Shown here piece by piece: positions 14,694 through 27,867 of a stretch of 64,000 nucleotides of DNA. The number at the start of each line of letters is the position of its first letter. The stretch's first letter is position 1. This DNA comes from Carcharhinus amblyrhynchos (Eukaryota): the NCBI GenBank assembly GCA_965287045.1, contig OZ336873.1, positions 52,452,001 through 52,516,000 of the forward strand. Reading direction: 5' to 3'. Made by a program: the position numbers and the translations under genes. The notes under the pieces were generated by a model. That model was not told where the DNA came from. It did not search any database and saw only the letters and a list, made by a program, of their open reading frames with translations.

Positions 14694-15299
14694 GTGAGAT
14701 CCCTGTCTTTGGAGCAGATAGGATAGTGGGGGTTGTGAGTTTGCAATGCTGCTATTGGGGCAGATCTCAGCTTTCCTGTTTCTACAGAAAGTTGATAGCT
14801 CCAGAGAATTCAAAACATATGTTTTTTTGAAAGAACGGGTTGCGGCTCCATGCTCAAACGATCTGCCAGACTTGACAAAGTGCCCAGTGGAAGAGACAAA
14901 GAAGATGGTTGCTGAGAGAGAAGAGAGCAATTGACAGAACAGATGAGCATTCATGCTCTTTGTCTTTTTAATTTCAGCCTTCCATTATTCCATTTTAAGA
15001 CTTATTTTTTGAAAGCTCTGATTTTGTTTTTAGAAAAATAAATGTTTGCTTCTTACTCTCTAGGCAGTAGAGATGTTTAAGGATCCTATGTGTTTGCTCT
15101 CTCAACCAAATTCTGGATCACAGTGTATTTGATATTAACTCTTTTTATTCTTGAAGTAAATATGGGAGTCGTTTGTGCGGCAATGCAGCGCATCCACATA
15201 TTGTTTTGATATGTTAACCTGTGAAAATATCCAGTGACACTTCACAGAAATTAAATTGAGCAATAGTTGACACAGAGCCCTAGGAGGGGGGAGGAGGGT

Positions 15300-15730
15300 G
15301 TGGGGAGCAGGGGTGACAAAAAGCTTTGTTTTTGCTGGAAGAGGGGGGAAGATAAGGGAATTTTGAGTGAGGAATATCAGTGTGTTGGGGCTGAAGGCTG
15401 AAAGCATGGTCGTCAGTGATGGGCCAAAGGAAGTGGAGAATGCGTGAGTCCAGAGCTGGAGGAATGCAGATTGTTGAGGTGTAGGGCTGCCAGGTAAGAA
15501 AAGGCAGGGGAAATGAAATTTTCACTTTCAAAGATGGTGGGCCCAGGAGTGTTGGATGACCAGGATTCCTTGTAAGTTAAGATGGAGGCAAGAGTTGAAT
15601 GAGCTTGAGTTAATAGAAGATGAAAAATGCAGGACTGAACGGGAAATCATTAGAACAGTGGAGCCTAAAGGTGTCAAAAGCATGGAAGAGGGTTTCAGCA
15701 GCAGAAGGCACATAAAAATCACTAAATGAT
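15300..15730 (-). mobile_element. Old L2-like LINE fragment
   Basis: Purine-rich degenerate block resembling 7000-7200 and 28380-28900. Confidence 0.4.
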
Positions 15731-17476
15731 AAAAGATAGCAGTCCCATCTAATTCACCTTCTACCATCCTGGTAGTTGCACAATGTAGCGATAATCACGG
15801 CATCAGATTCCAATTCTCTGCAACAGCATATGCCCATGTAGGGCTGAGGATAGATGTTACGGCTGTTTGAAGTGCACTGTCTTTGACGGGTAGATTAGCT
15901 CAGTCTGATGTCAGATAGGGAGCTGCAGTTATGAAAAACTATTCAGTTGGCATAGCAGCCAGTGACGGGTGGAATTAGTGACAAAGGGACAGTTGTGGGC
16001 CAGGACAATTGGGGTGAAATGTATTTGCTTTGTAGTCTTTTGGCTAACATAGTCTTATAAATGGCTTTAATTTTGATCCATAAAATATCCAGGTTGCAAC
16101 TGGTGCTACATTCCAGTCACCTCACAGTTGTATCCATTTCTCTTTAAGGAAGAGACCCCACCTCTGTGTCTAATGAAGCAAGTTTAAATTTTATCACTAT
16201 TTGTGGTGCTTCCTTCCTCTGAAATTTATCATTGTTTAAATGTACATTTTTAAAGCGATTGTGTTATTTGTTATATTTTACTGATCCTCCCACTAAATAG
16301 AATGAGGATGATCTGCAGGATCTCTCTTGCAGTGGACAGTTCTTATTGATATGGTTAAAGCAAACATTGGACATCTACCTGTCCTTAAAGTTGTATTGAA
16401 GCAACACATTTTGGAGACAGCTTTGTTGGAAGTTGGCATCTGTTGGGAAATTTTCAGAGTTCTAAGTATTCTAATTACTGATGTAAAATTGGAGCTCAGT
16501 CCTATTTTAAACTCAATCTCTATGTTGCAATACCTAATGTAAGTGGCCAACTAGCAATATTGACCGCAGGTGTTTGTTGGAAAATAATGGTTTTCTCTAT
16601 ATGACAATGTTGGAAACATGCTAATTATCATCCTAACTGTGACAGTCTGATAGTGCTAAGAGCGGGAAGTCCTGTTTGTGCTTGAATTTAGCTTTGACAA
16701 TTCTTCCCAACACAATCATCAGTATAACCCACTGCTGGCCTTGCTATGTGAAAATCAGTCCTTGAGGTAGTGCATAGTAACAGGCAATTGAAAAGACATT
16801 AGTGCAGCCTAACCCCAGCTGTTAACTCAGCTGAGAGCATTGGAGCAAGATGCTGAATCAAATGTCCAGTTTTGTTATGTAACTCTGGCACCAGTCAAAT
16901 TGTCTGCAGTGATTACTGTGATTTTATTTTTGATGTCTGGATTCATGAGCAGTGTGGATTTTGTAGATGTTTTTGAAGCCTGTGTTTCAGCGGCAAAGGT
17001 AGCAGATACTGGACAAAGCAAGTCATTTGTATTTCATTGAAGAAAATTGACTCGTAACCTCTGCATTTTCACGTGTTCTGCTTTGTATTTAGTTTTCAAA
17101 AAATAGATCACAACATGGCAAATCATTATGTAGCAGTCATAACTTGGGCCATCTAAGTTAATTCAGAAGGATTCAATCATTTCAGTGTTCATTACCAGGC
17201 TCCTTCACACAATTGCACCGAAAAGGGATTCCGATTAATCGTCAAACTGTATTAAAGTTAATTGTAATAGTTTTGTGCTTTTTTTATGGTTAATTGTAAA
17301 TGGTACTTCTGCTCTGTAGTTAGGAACATATGGGTGTTAAAAATTGTCTTGTGTTTCTGCAGACTTGCAGTGTTTAAAACTGAGTTGAACAATTTCAGAC
17401 TGGCTGTAGGTTGGGTGGCAATAACGTTTTTTTTGTTTGAGCTCCTTCTTACTGATGGCTTTGGTTTTGCCAACAG

Positions 17477-17529
17477 ATGACCGTGCTGACATGCACGCAA
17501 GAACGTGTACTGTAACCACATACAGCAAG
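17477..17529 (+). CDS. PHAF1: PHAF1 coding exon
   Basis: caacag|AT...AAG|gtgagg; (D)DRADMHARTCTVTTYSK, compare human ...TETCTTYSK; phases fit. Confidence 0.88.
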
Positions 17530-17606
17530 GTGAGGCTTTAGAAGTATTACTACTGAACAATTCATTGCCCTGTTTTTCTCCCCCTCCTTCCCTTCCATAT
17601 ACCCAC

Positions 17607-17889
17607 AGTAAAGTGGCACAGTGGTTGGCACTGCTGTTTCACAGCACCAGGGACCCAGGTTCGATTCCCGGCTTGAGTCACTGTCTGTGAAGAGTCTGCA
17701 TTTTTCTGCCTGTGTCTGTGTGGGTTTCCTACGGATGCTCGGTTTCCTCCCACAATCTAGAAGATGCTCTGGTTAGGTGCATTGGCCATGCTGAATTCTC
17801 CCAAACAGGTGCATATCTTGGGACTTTTCACAGTAACTTCATTGCAATGTTAATATAAGCCTACTTGTGACAATATTAAATAAACTTTA
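17607..17889 (+). mobile_element. tRNA-derived SINE with tail 'ttcacagtaacttcattgc...aagcctacttgtgac'
   Basis: A/B boxes gtggcacagtggttgg and ggttcgattcc; same tail at 57030, 57600 and, inverted, 58620. Confidence 0.75.
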
Positions 17890-18054
17890 TCTGGGCGGTT
17901 CTCATTAGTCTTATTATTTTTAACTTTGATATTTATGGATTAATTATTGTCTTCGATGCAGTATGACGAATGGGAGATACAAATGTTTGTTCTATGTAGT
18001 ACTGGAAGAAATACATGGAGTCAAATTTGTGCAGGACTGTTTAAGAGCAGATCA

Positions 18055-18222
18055 CAGTAAGAAGTCTCATAACACCAGGTTAAAGTCCAACCAGTTTATG
18101 CCACGCACCTGACAAAGGAGCAGCGTTTCCAAAAGCTTATGGGATTACTATCAAATAAACTGGTTGGACTTTAACCTGGTGTTGTGAGACTTCTTACCCA
18201 GTCCAACGCTGGCATCTCTACA
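18055..18222. mobile_element. Penelope-type short element forming an inverted repeat
   Basis: ~43-bp inverted arms (18057-18099 and 18155-18197); TSD-like ttaagagc(a/c)gat at 18041 and 18223. Confidence 0.65.
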
Positions 18223-19831
18223 TTAAGAGCCGATTATACAGGGGATCAGCTGGCAAGTGCTTTTCAAAGTTTTGTTTTGGGATCATCTCGCAAATATTTA
18301 ACATGTTTCTCCACTGACTTCCAAACGACTGTCAGCTATGAAGTCAGTACCTAGAGAATTTAATTGCATTGCATAATATTTCCTACAATTCAGCTCAGGC
18401 CCCATAATGTCCTGTTTGAGAAATCAAAATGCCTCACTGGTGTGACAGAATGTTGTTCTGAAATTGGGACGTTCATGATGGAGACACCATTAAGACCTTT
18501 ACAACACACCTCACCTATCTTGCACCTCCTGGAAATAGCTGATGGGGCAGATCAGATAGAGACAGCTTTGCATCGAATTCAACTCTTACTACAACTGTTT
18601 GAGTGCTCAGTTGAAATGTTGGATTCGAGAAGTGGTAATCTATGATGTTCCAGCAAAATGTACTCACCTTGAGTACAAACTTTACCCTAGTGTTTCATGC
18701 CATTTTAAAAAAAGCTTCAACTCCATTTCATTTTACATGAGCTTGATAGCATCAAGGTCAAAAACAGTCTTCCTGATTAGCACCCAGTGCGTTTACCCAC
18801 CATTAGTGTTGCTGTGCAATCTACAAGATGCACTGCAGCAGTTCAAGTTCTCTTCAGCAGAATCTAGAAGGGCAAGAACTGCATACACAAGGGAACAGTA
18901 TCATCAGCAGGATCTCATTCAAGTCACGCACAATCCTGAATTGGAAATATACCATTGTTCCTTCATTGCTTGGCTCAAAAGTTTTTTCCATTCCCTACAA
19001 TGGGAGCATCTTCAAATAATAGTTTACAGCAGCACAAACTGCTCACCACTGTTTTCTCAAGCAACTAAGGATGGTCAATAAATGCCAGCTTTCCCAGTGA
19101 TTCTCAGACCCAAAGAATTGTATAGAAATTTGTTTCATATGAAATTTTAAAAATGAGAATTAACACAGTGAACAGGAACCCTATCTGAAGACTCTTGTTC
19201 ACCTTTGACTTGCAAGGGCCACACTTTGCCTCATTCCTTCACTGTAAAGATTGCAGTTTGTCACCACCTTAATTGTTTCTTTCCCAAGAGCCATTTTGAG
19301 TTTGTAGAAAGTCCTCCAGTTATACCTTGTTTTCTTTGTTATACTGGTATATGGGCAGGATGTGAAGCATATGTTAGAGAAATTGCTGTGACGCAAGGCA
19401 AGATGTATGTGAAGGTGGTGGCAGAATTTCTTTTTGCAAAGTTGTGAAGCTCAGCAGATGAGGCTTATTTGTGATTTTTTTTTTGTTTGGTTTGATACTT
19501 GGGTTACTTTGTTTATCTCCCCAGGCCCTCTTGCCTCCCATCCAACTCCAATTTCCTAAGCTGAGTAAAGTATGAATTTAACAGGCAGTCTGAGCCACCC
19601 CATTCAGCCTCTGACTGCTAATATCAATTCTGTCAATTTTGCCAATTGATGGCAAGGGGAAAGGCTGAAAGTAAAATTGTCCTGTTCCAGCATGCAAATT
19701 TAACCTTTCTCATGTCTTGTCCAGCCCTGCTGAACCTGTGGTGCTTTATTATAAATAACTTAGATTTAATTAAATCCCCCAGCATATCAGTGAGAAATTG
19801 ATGGCACTGATACTGGTCTTACATTTTTCAG

Positions 19832-19890
19832 TGGGATGCCATTCAGGAGTTGCTTGGACACCCCATGGAGAAGCCAGTGGTCCTTCACAG
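19832..19890 (+). CDS. PHAF1: PHAF1 coding exon
   Basis: ttttcag|TGG...AG|gtagcg; WDAIQELLGHPMEKPVVLH(R). Confidence 0.93.
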
Positions 19891-20301
19891 GTAGCGTATG
19901 AGCATATGAATATGACGTGTCGCGATATGAGGGTAGCAGTAGAGTCTGAGAAGCATAATGGGCAACCTGAGAGCTGAGGAAGCAAAGTTAAAATGCATGT
20001 GAAGGTTCTTACTAAGCCTGATTTCTGCCTTATTTTACAAAGATATTAAAAATTCCAAATTTGATTTAAAATCAGGTTTTGCACATGGATGCTGTAAACT
20101 GGGCAACATCCCAAGGAATTTTGCTCGTTTTAACAATAGTTTTGAGTGCTGCTTTCTTTAAAATTCTAAACTATTTTCAAATGGCATCCAACATCCTCTG
20201 GATAGTGCACTTTCACAAAGCAAAAATATGTGCTTTTTTAAACTTGATAGGAAAGTGAGCAATAGGGTGTGCCATGCTGCATGGTCTTTCTCCATCATTG
20301 A

Positions 20302-20409
<108 letters not shown>

Positions 20410-20713
20410 TGATAAATTGGCCTTTGTGTCTCTAGGTTGGGATGGGGAACTTAGTCCTCTGTCAGAGTGTATGTATTGGCAGACAGGATGTGATTCAGCA
20501 CTGATGATCCTCGCAGTCAGCCTAACGCTTAAGGGCAGCTTGCATTCATGAAGTCTTACGCTATTTATTTTTCCTCTACATACTGGCAAGAGGAGCCTAG
20601 TGTGTGCGCCTATGGATATGTGCCTCAATACACATTTACACATAGTCAGATTTATTTCCTATGAGTATGCGTGCATGTGTTTGTGTAGATGCAAATTTGT
20701 TTAAGATAATTGA

Positions 20714-20827
<114 letters not shown>

Positions 20828-22370
20828 GCCTCATTCTTGTTGGAACCAACCAGGACTCTACCGGTTTAGTACAGTGTGCCTTGATTTGCTGCCACAATTG
20901 TACAGAACAGCACGATCCGATCTACGCCGGTCCCTAGCCTCATCTGGATAGAGGAGGGGTTCTGGTTTGTCACTGACCTAATCTCTGGTGATGGCCCCTG
21001 CCAATGGGGTATGCAACTCTATGCTTGCATTATGCCAGTTTCTCTCCTCGCTTGTACAGGACAGACCAGCTGGGCTCTGCCCTGTCTTGAGTCTGTAGAA
21101 GTAGAGAAGGCAGGCAATGGAGCTGCAGACAAGAAGCACAAGTTGTATGAGCCTTGTCTGGGCAGTGTTTCAGGTTTCTGTTACTAGGTGTTCCTGTAGT
21201 GTTGTGGTACTCCATACACTCATTTCTGTGTCCCAGCACAGTATGCAGAGACAGTTTGTCCATGTGTTCAGGCACAACCTATCTCTGTAGTTTAGACAGT
21301 AGCACGTTTTTATAGAAATGGTTATATCATTTGCACTACATACACTTTAATTACTTGATTAATGTGTTTTATCCACTGAGGAGTGTCAGGGTATAGTGCC
21401 AGCTATTTGGGTGAGACTGGGGTGTGGAGAGGAATCCAGTCCCTGCACACAGCCGGTCCCGCTGCTCGGTGGGGAAGGGGGAGTGATGATTTATTCACTT
21501 CCCCACACTCTTTTGGGTTGAAATTGCAATCCTCGCTGCCATGTCTTGAATTGCATGTTATTAATTTGATGCCAAAGACATATCTTCAACGCGCTTAGTT
21601 TCCTCATCTCTCTCAGCGCTGTTTCACATGACGGGGCTGCCTGTCCTCAACAACGTTGCTGGCCATTGGCAGATTTTTGTCAGTCAGTGGGAGAGATTGC
21701 ACACGGCACATATGCAGTGCTGCCCTTTGCAGTATTCTCAAGATCTCTTCATTCATAGGAAGATGTGAAGGTACTTGGGCTGTTCCCTATCAACATATTG
21801 AGAGCTTAGTGCTTTTCTTTTTTTTAATAAACTAAAACTTTTAGCCATGACTCATTTTTACATCATACATTGTAGCAACTTGTAATTAATAGACAAATTT
21901 TGTGTGTTTACACTGTGTGTACAAATCTGTAAATAATGCATTTTGTAATTTTAACAAAATGTACAGGGAGTGCCTGTATACTTTAATGCTGAACAATGAG
22001 AAGGATGTATTTTGAATTGTAATCAATGTTTTGACTCTGGACCAGTAGCAGGGATGTATGATGTGTGTTATGGTGACACTTTGCATTCTGTCTTCCTGTA
22101 AACTGTGAGATCCCAGACTGTTGTACCCAACATGCGTGGATGTTGTTTAAAGACTATGTTACAGTTTACTTTTGAAGCTGAAAGCTGTTCTCTTGTAGCT
22201 GTTGATCCTTAACTAAACTCACTTAGTGCTTTTTTTTCCTGTGCTCTTTGCTTACCATGGGAACTATTTGTGCCTCTTTTTTTCTCTTTCTGCATAGTCC
22301 TCTGACCTTTTATTTAAAAAATACAAAAAGAAAAAAATATGCACATTAAGAGCATGTATTCTGCAAGGTA

Positions 22371-22376
22371 AATAAA
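22371..22376 (+). terminator. Likely PHAF1 polyadenylation signal (alternative AATAAA at 21826-21831)
   Basis: AATAAA at the end of a ~1.55-kb repeat-free, AU-rich 3' UTR-like block, followed by a GU/U-rich tract. Confidence 0.55.
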
Positions 22377-22432
22377 ACTGACTCCAGTTCACTGTTCGAG
22401 ATGATTGGAGTTGACTGGTTCTTTTTGGCATT

Positions 22433-23179
22433 TATCACAACCCAACTGAAATCAGCGAAGGGATCCCAACCTGGGGCAGTGGTTCATGGTGGTGTATAAT
22501 TTTGTTTACAGGAATGGTATGAGGAGCCACGTACGAGCGAGGACAATAATCAGCCCCAGCTATAGTATAACAATTATTAAAGACTATTACAATAAAGAAA
22601 AGACACACCTACACAAACAGGACTATAATGATCTAAGATTGTTATGTACAAGGAACTCTTAAACACACCCACAAAGGTTAAATAGAAATTACCCTTTTTG
22701 TTTCAAAGTACATTTCCAAAATCTGAACTTTCAGGACAACTTCCTTCTCAAACAACATCCCATTTAATAGATCTATAAGTAAAGGCCAGCTCATAGTTAC
22801 CACACTGTATGCAATTGAGTAGTTGTGCTAGGGAACATTTTTGATTCAGCAAAGATACAATTTTTAACTACCTCCACAAAGGTTTCTGCACTCTTGCTTC
22901 TAGACTGCTAGATGGAATCTATCCCCTGCTTTTGAGGTATTGTTTCTCTTTGAAGATTTTCTATATATTTGGCCATCTGTCCCCATTGTTTGAGTGTAAA
23001 GGTTAACATGTATATACTTTCCCTGGATGGTGCAATTGTCTACCCGAAGTGTTTCCCAATAGCAGAACGATGTAATCTTCTGGTCTGCCTGCACTGCTAA
23101 TCTCATTACTTTGACTTGTGACCTTTGAAATGTCTTTTGAAATGCTGGTGGTTTTGAACTTGGTGGCACGTTCATGACA
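22433..23179 (-). repeat. 3' LTR of the Gypsy element
   Basis: Ends tatcac...tgaca; aligns with 27207-27867 (attacaataaagaaa, ctggatggtgcaattgtctaccc, gcactgctaatctcattactt); PPT aaagggggggg on minus at ~23184-23195. Confidence 0.8.
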
Positions 23180-23521
23180 CATGCCCCCCCCTTTGACATT
23201 TTAAAGATGTTTTGCTTCTCGTTCCTTTTGTTATTTGTGCTATGTTGTTGAACATTACAACGTTCAAAAGCATGCATCAATATTGATAATATTCCTCCTA
23301 TTGTCAGAAGTCTCTCTTGTACTCTGGCTAATACTTCCACAATGGCATCTTCTCTCCTGGCCACATGAAAGACATTTAAGTAGAATGGTTTCAATTGCAA
23401 ACTCCATCGGAATAATTCGGTGTTTCAGCCTTGGAATTTTTCCAGAATCTTTAAAGGGTTGTGCTGTGTGTATACAGTTGTCTCTGCTTAGATGCTGGCG
23501 ACATAAATCTCAATGTTGTAG

Positions 23522-23870
23522 TGCCAGTAGAGTCAGATGTTTTACAGCATGGAAACTAGCCCTTCGGCCCAATTTGCCCATGCTGCCCAGTTTTTACCAT
23601 TTAAGTTAGTCCTAATTGTCCATATTTAGCCCATTTCTCTCTCCACCGTCTTACTCATGTAACTGTCTAAATGCTTTTTTTAAAATACAAAATTGTACTC
23701 ACCTCTAGTGCCTCTGGCAGCTTGCTCCAGACACACACCCCACACTATGAAAAAATTGCCCCTCTAAACCCTTTTGTATCTCTTCCCTTTCTCCTTCAAC
23801 CTATTCTCTCTAGTTTTAGACTCCCTTACCTTTGGGAAAAGTTGTAGACTACCTTATTTTGTAGACCTCC
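23522..23870 (-). mobile_element. CR1 3' fragment inserted into the Gypsy RNase H region
   Basis: acagcatggaaactagcccttcggccc...ctctggcagcttgctccagac... Confidence 0.65.
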
Positions 23871-26800
23871 ATTACCAGACTGAAAGTCTCCCTTGGTGGT
23901 TGCATACTTTTGCTGGTGCCACTTTTAATTTTCTTGAAAAATATCCCACTGGTTTCTCAAGGCCAAGTTCATCTTGCAGCAACATGATTCCTAATACCAA
24001 TGTTGCTAGCATCCATCACCAGTTTGAACTGCTTGTCATAGTTAGGTGCTGCTAACACTGGGTTTGTCATCAACACAGCTTTTAATTGTTGAATGCCATT
24101 TGACAATCCTCCATCCAGATAAAGTGCTTGCTCTTCTTTAAGAGCTTTGAGAGTGGTACTACCGCTCTGCTAAAATTTAGAACAAACTTGCAATAGAATC
24201 TGCTCATGCCCAGAAAGCTTAGAATTTTTATTTTGATTGGTGGGTTCTGGAAAACTCCAAATTACCTCTACTTTGCGTCTCTTGGTGCCATTTGACCGTG
24301 TCTCACCTGTGTACCTGCTATCAGATTTGGCTGTTAGCAAATTTTTGCTAGGTTCCTAAGTCTGTCTAATTGTAAGCAGTCAAGCGGTTCTTTTAGGTGG
24401 CTCAAATGCTCTTACCAACTCTGGCTGAATGTCACCAAATCATCGATGTACAGTTGCAGGGACTCAATCCTTGAACCACCTGGTTTGTGAGCCACTGAAA
24501 AGTCACGGGGTATTCTTCATTGTGGATGGCACTACATTTAATTGATAAAGTCCTATGGTGTCACAAAAGCAGAGATCTCTTTTGTCCTCTCAGTCAAAGG
24601 TACTTGTCATATCCCTTTGCAAGTCTATTTTAGTGGTGAATTTTGATTGTTCACCACTTTCAATGCAGACTTCCAAACATGGAATGGGAAACAAACCCTT
24701 TTAGCCTTGGCATTTACTCACCTGTAGACCACAGGCAGTCTGTGTTCCATCTGACTTGGGCACCATGGTGATTCGGGAGATCCAATCACTAAGCTTTATT
24801 CAATAAGACCATTTTGGAGAATATATTCAATTTTCTTATGTAGCTGTGATAACTTAGCTGGACTTAACCTATATGGATGTTGTTTGATTGTTATGGTGTC
24901 TGCTCATCAACGTCATGTGTTGCTAACCTTGCCCTATCTAGTTTATCCCCACAAAAACATTTATAGGCTTACAGTAACTATCAGTTTGCTCCAGCTCTTA
25001 CCTGTGTGATGACTTAACCACTGGTTTAACTTTCCCAGAACTTCCTCATGAATTTTAGGAAGGTCACTATCACAATCTTCTGCCCCATCTTCCCCTGTTT
25101 CAGGATTCAGACAGCATGCTTGTTCTTCTGTAAGTAGTCATACTTGGGAATGTATTGAGCTTCCAGTGCTGGGTCCACAGTCTGAAAAAGTTGTTTTAAT
25201 TTTTAGTCACCCTGCTGTAATTCAATTAACCTCTTCGAATTGAACCCATCAGTCTTGCTTACTAAGTTTGTCTCTGTCTCATCCTCTGTTAGCCTGCTAT
25301 GGATGTTGTCTGATAACATGATCTCATTTGCCTCACCTGAGTCGCAATTCTTTCCAAACCCCTCATTTTTAGTTGCCAAGCCTGTGATTGTGTCACAACA
25401 CAATCCAGAAAACCCCAGGATGGTGAGTTTGTAATTTCACTGGCTGGATTTCCTGTAGGTTGACTACATTAGACATTATGACCATCTGTCACCTTGCTAT
25501 ATCATTTCCTAAAATGAATTGATTGGCTACAATGGGTCGGGCTACTCTCTAAGCTTTTATTAAAGGCATTTCTTTTATTTCTCTGTAAATTCTGTGAAAT
25601 AGCACTTTCTGCAACATCCCTTTGGGGCAACAAATATATCCCACAAAATTGGGAATTGACTTGTCGGTATCTCAATGTTTTAATATTTTTTCCCATTTCA
25701 TCCTGTCCACATGGAAATATTTTGCCATTACAAACACAATCCTTGAATACGTCCATCATCTGCTGGTCATTCCCCTGCTGTGCAGATACTTTCATTCCTA
25801 TTTGTCTGCCCTTTCACTTGGCGTATCAATGCAACTGGTTTCTCTGCTTCCCCAGTTTCTAAGTACCCTTGGCCCTTGTGTATGATGACCCCAGTTGATG
25901 ACTGTTTAGTCTCCAGCATATTGCTCTGGTGTGGTCCAGTTTATTGCAATGCTAACATCTGACTCTCTTCATATCTCTCAGCTCACCAGCAGACTTGGGT
26001 TTATTTTGAGGGAAAACCTCCTTGGAGCTTTCTACCACTCCCTCTTTCACTTGTCTGTCCTCACTCTCCCCTTCCCAGTTTCTACCTTCCTCTGATTTAA
26101 AGGTGGATCTAAAGAAAAGCTTTGGTCTATGAACAAATTAGTCATCGTCTGCAACTTGTCTGACCACTCTAACCTTTTGTTCCTCAACATGCCTTCTAAT
26201 CCTGGTAGGCAACGAGTCTTTAAATTTTTCCAGCAGAATTCTGTCTCTAAGTGCTTCATAGCTTTCGCAGTCATCGCATCCACTTATCAAGCTAGGTTTG
26301 TTTGACCCATTCAAATTCAAGTTATGTCTGCCCAGACTGTTGTATAACAGTTCTAAACTTTTGTCTGTAAGCGTCTGGTTTCAGCTCATAAACACTCAAT
26401 ATAGCTTTCTTCACCGTCTCCAGTCTCCAGGTCTTCCCTGGGACAGAGATGCATAGACTTCACAAGGCAACCTATAAATTTAGTCTGAACAACTCAGGCC
26501 AAAATGTCTTGCGGTCATCTCATCCGTCTAGCTACTTTTTCAAATGAACATATAAAGTGTTGGATTCCTTCATAATCGAATTTTGGGAGAGCTTGTATTT
26601 ATCTGAACCGTTCCCTGCAGGTTTCCTGTCTAGAACCACTTTCTAATTCATTGGCCTCTGTACCTGCTGTCATTTGTCGCATTTTAATTTGGTGTTCCCT
26701 CCCTTACATTGCTAACATTGGCATTTCCAATTCCCTTTGAAATTCTGCCTCTTTGACTCTCTTTCCCTCTCGCCTCTTGTTTTCTCTTTTCTACATCTCT

Positions 26801-27206
26801 AACTTCCTAATTACTTTGTCTTTCCATTTGAAGCTCAATTTCTTCCCTTCTTGGAATATCTTGGTCTGGCTAAATCCCACTTGTAGATTTAAATGTGTTG
26901 CTAGACTTTCAGTTACCGTAGTCCCTGTAAATAAAACTTATGTCCAATTTGTTAGCCAATTCCATCAATTTGATTTTTGGCACACTTTTTAAATTTGCTA
27001 GTTACGTTGTCTACTTTGAGATAAGATCGGTTATCTCCAGAGTCATTGTGCAGCTGCCTTATTTTAAATAACAACATGTTCTCACTTGGTTGCATGTGAT
27101 CCTTATTTTTGTTTGGTCCTTACTCTCTTTATGTTCAAAGTCAAAAATCCCCTATACCCAAGGAAGTTGAGCTTTTTAGAATTCCAGACTTGAGCCCCTA
27201 ATTTTC

Positions 27207-27867
27207 TGTCATGAGCAAGGTTGATATTATCTGCCAGATTGTCCCAATCTGGGCAAAGATTCTTGGTGGTGTGTAGTTTTTTTCCAGCAATGGTGCAATG
27301 GGCCACATGCAAGACCCAGAGAACAGTAACTAACCCAGTCATAGTGTAACATATTAAAATCTATTCATTACAATAAAGAAAGGATGCATACACAGACAGG
27401 AAAAAAACCTAAATATCCACACATAGGTTAGGTAGAAATTATCATTTTTACTCTGGGAAATGTCTCTTCTTGGTTCAGTGAAGATATAGTTTTACTTGTC
27501 ACCACAAATGTTTCTGCACTTTGCATCTGGCCTGCCACTTAGAACCAGCTTGCTTGGTGGAAAACCTAAAAGGCTGTGAGATGGAATCTACCTCCTGCTT
27601 CCACGAAGAGGTCACCAATTATACTATTGTTTTCTTTAAGGATTTTCTCTGTATATTTAGCAGTTTGTTCCTACAGTGAGTTTTAGAAGATTAACATATG
27701 TATGCTTTCTCTGGATGGTGCAATTGTCTACCCAAAGTGTTTTCTATTAGCAGAATGATGGAATCTTCTGGTCTGTCTGCACTGCTAATCTCATTACTTA
27801 GATTCACATCCTTTCTGATGCTTTTTGAAATACTGGTGGTTTCAAACCTGCTAGCACATTCCTGACA
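27207..27867 (-). repeat. 5' LTR of the Gypsy element
   Basis: tgtcatg...cctgaca; adjacent minus-strand 'taggggctcaagtctggaat' (~27181-27200) resembles the tRNA-Pro PBS TGGGGGCTCGTCCGGGAT. Confidence 0.8.

Larger units (their letters stand above)
22433..27867 (-). mobile_element. Decayed Gmr1-like Ty3/Gypsy LTR retrotransposon
   Basis: Two homologous LTRs; PPT and tRNA-Pro-like PBS; SCAN-like gag 'YEALRDRILLEKFKDSLPTRIRRHVEEQK' (~26150-26280); RT with YIDDL (~24440); RNase H end 'HNPL...FRWSLQLKPFYLNVFHVARREDAIVEVLAR' just before the PPT. Confidence 0.85.

Noticed and set aside
18364-19081. 93-aa and 160-aa ORFs in a PHAF1 intron
   Set aside because: No recognisable domain; the distal part is a LINE 3' fragment; flanking PHAF1 exons join in frame without them.
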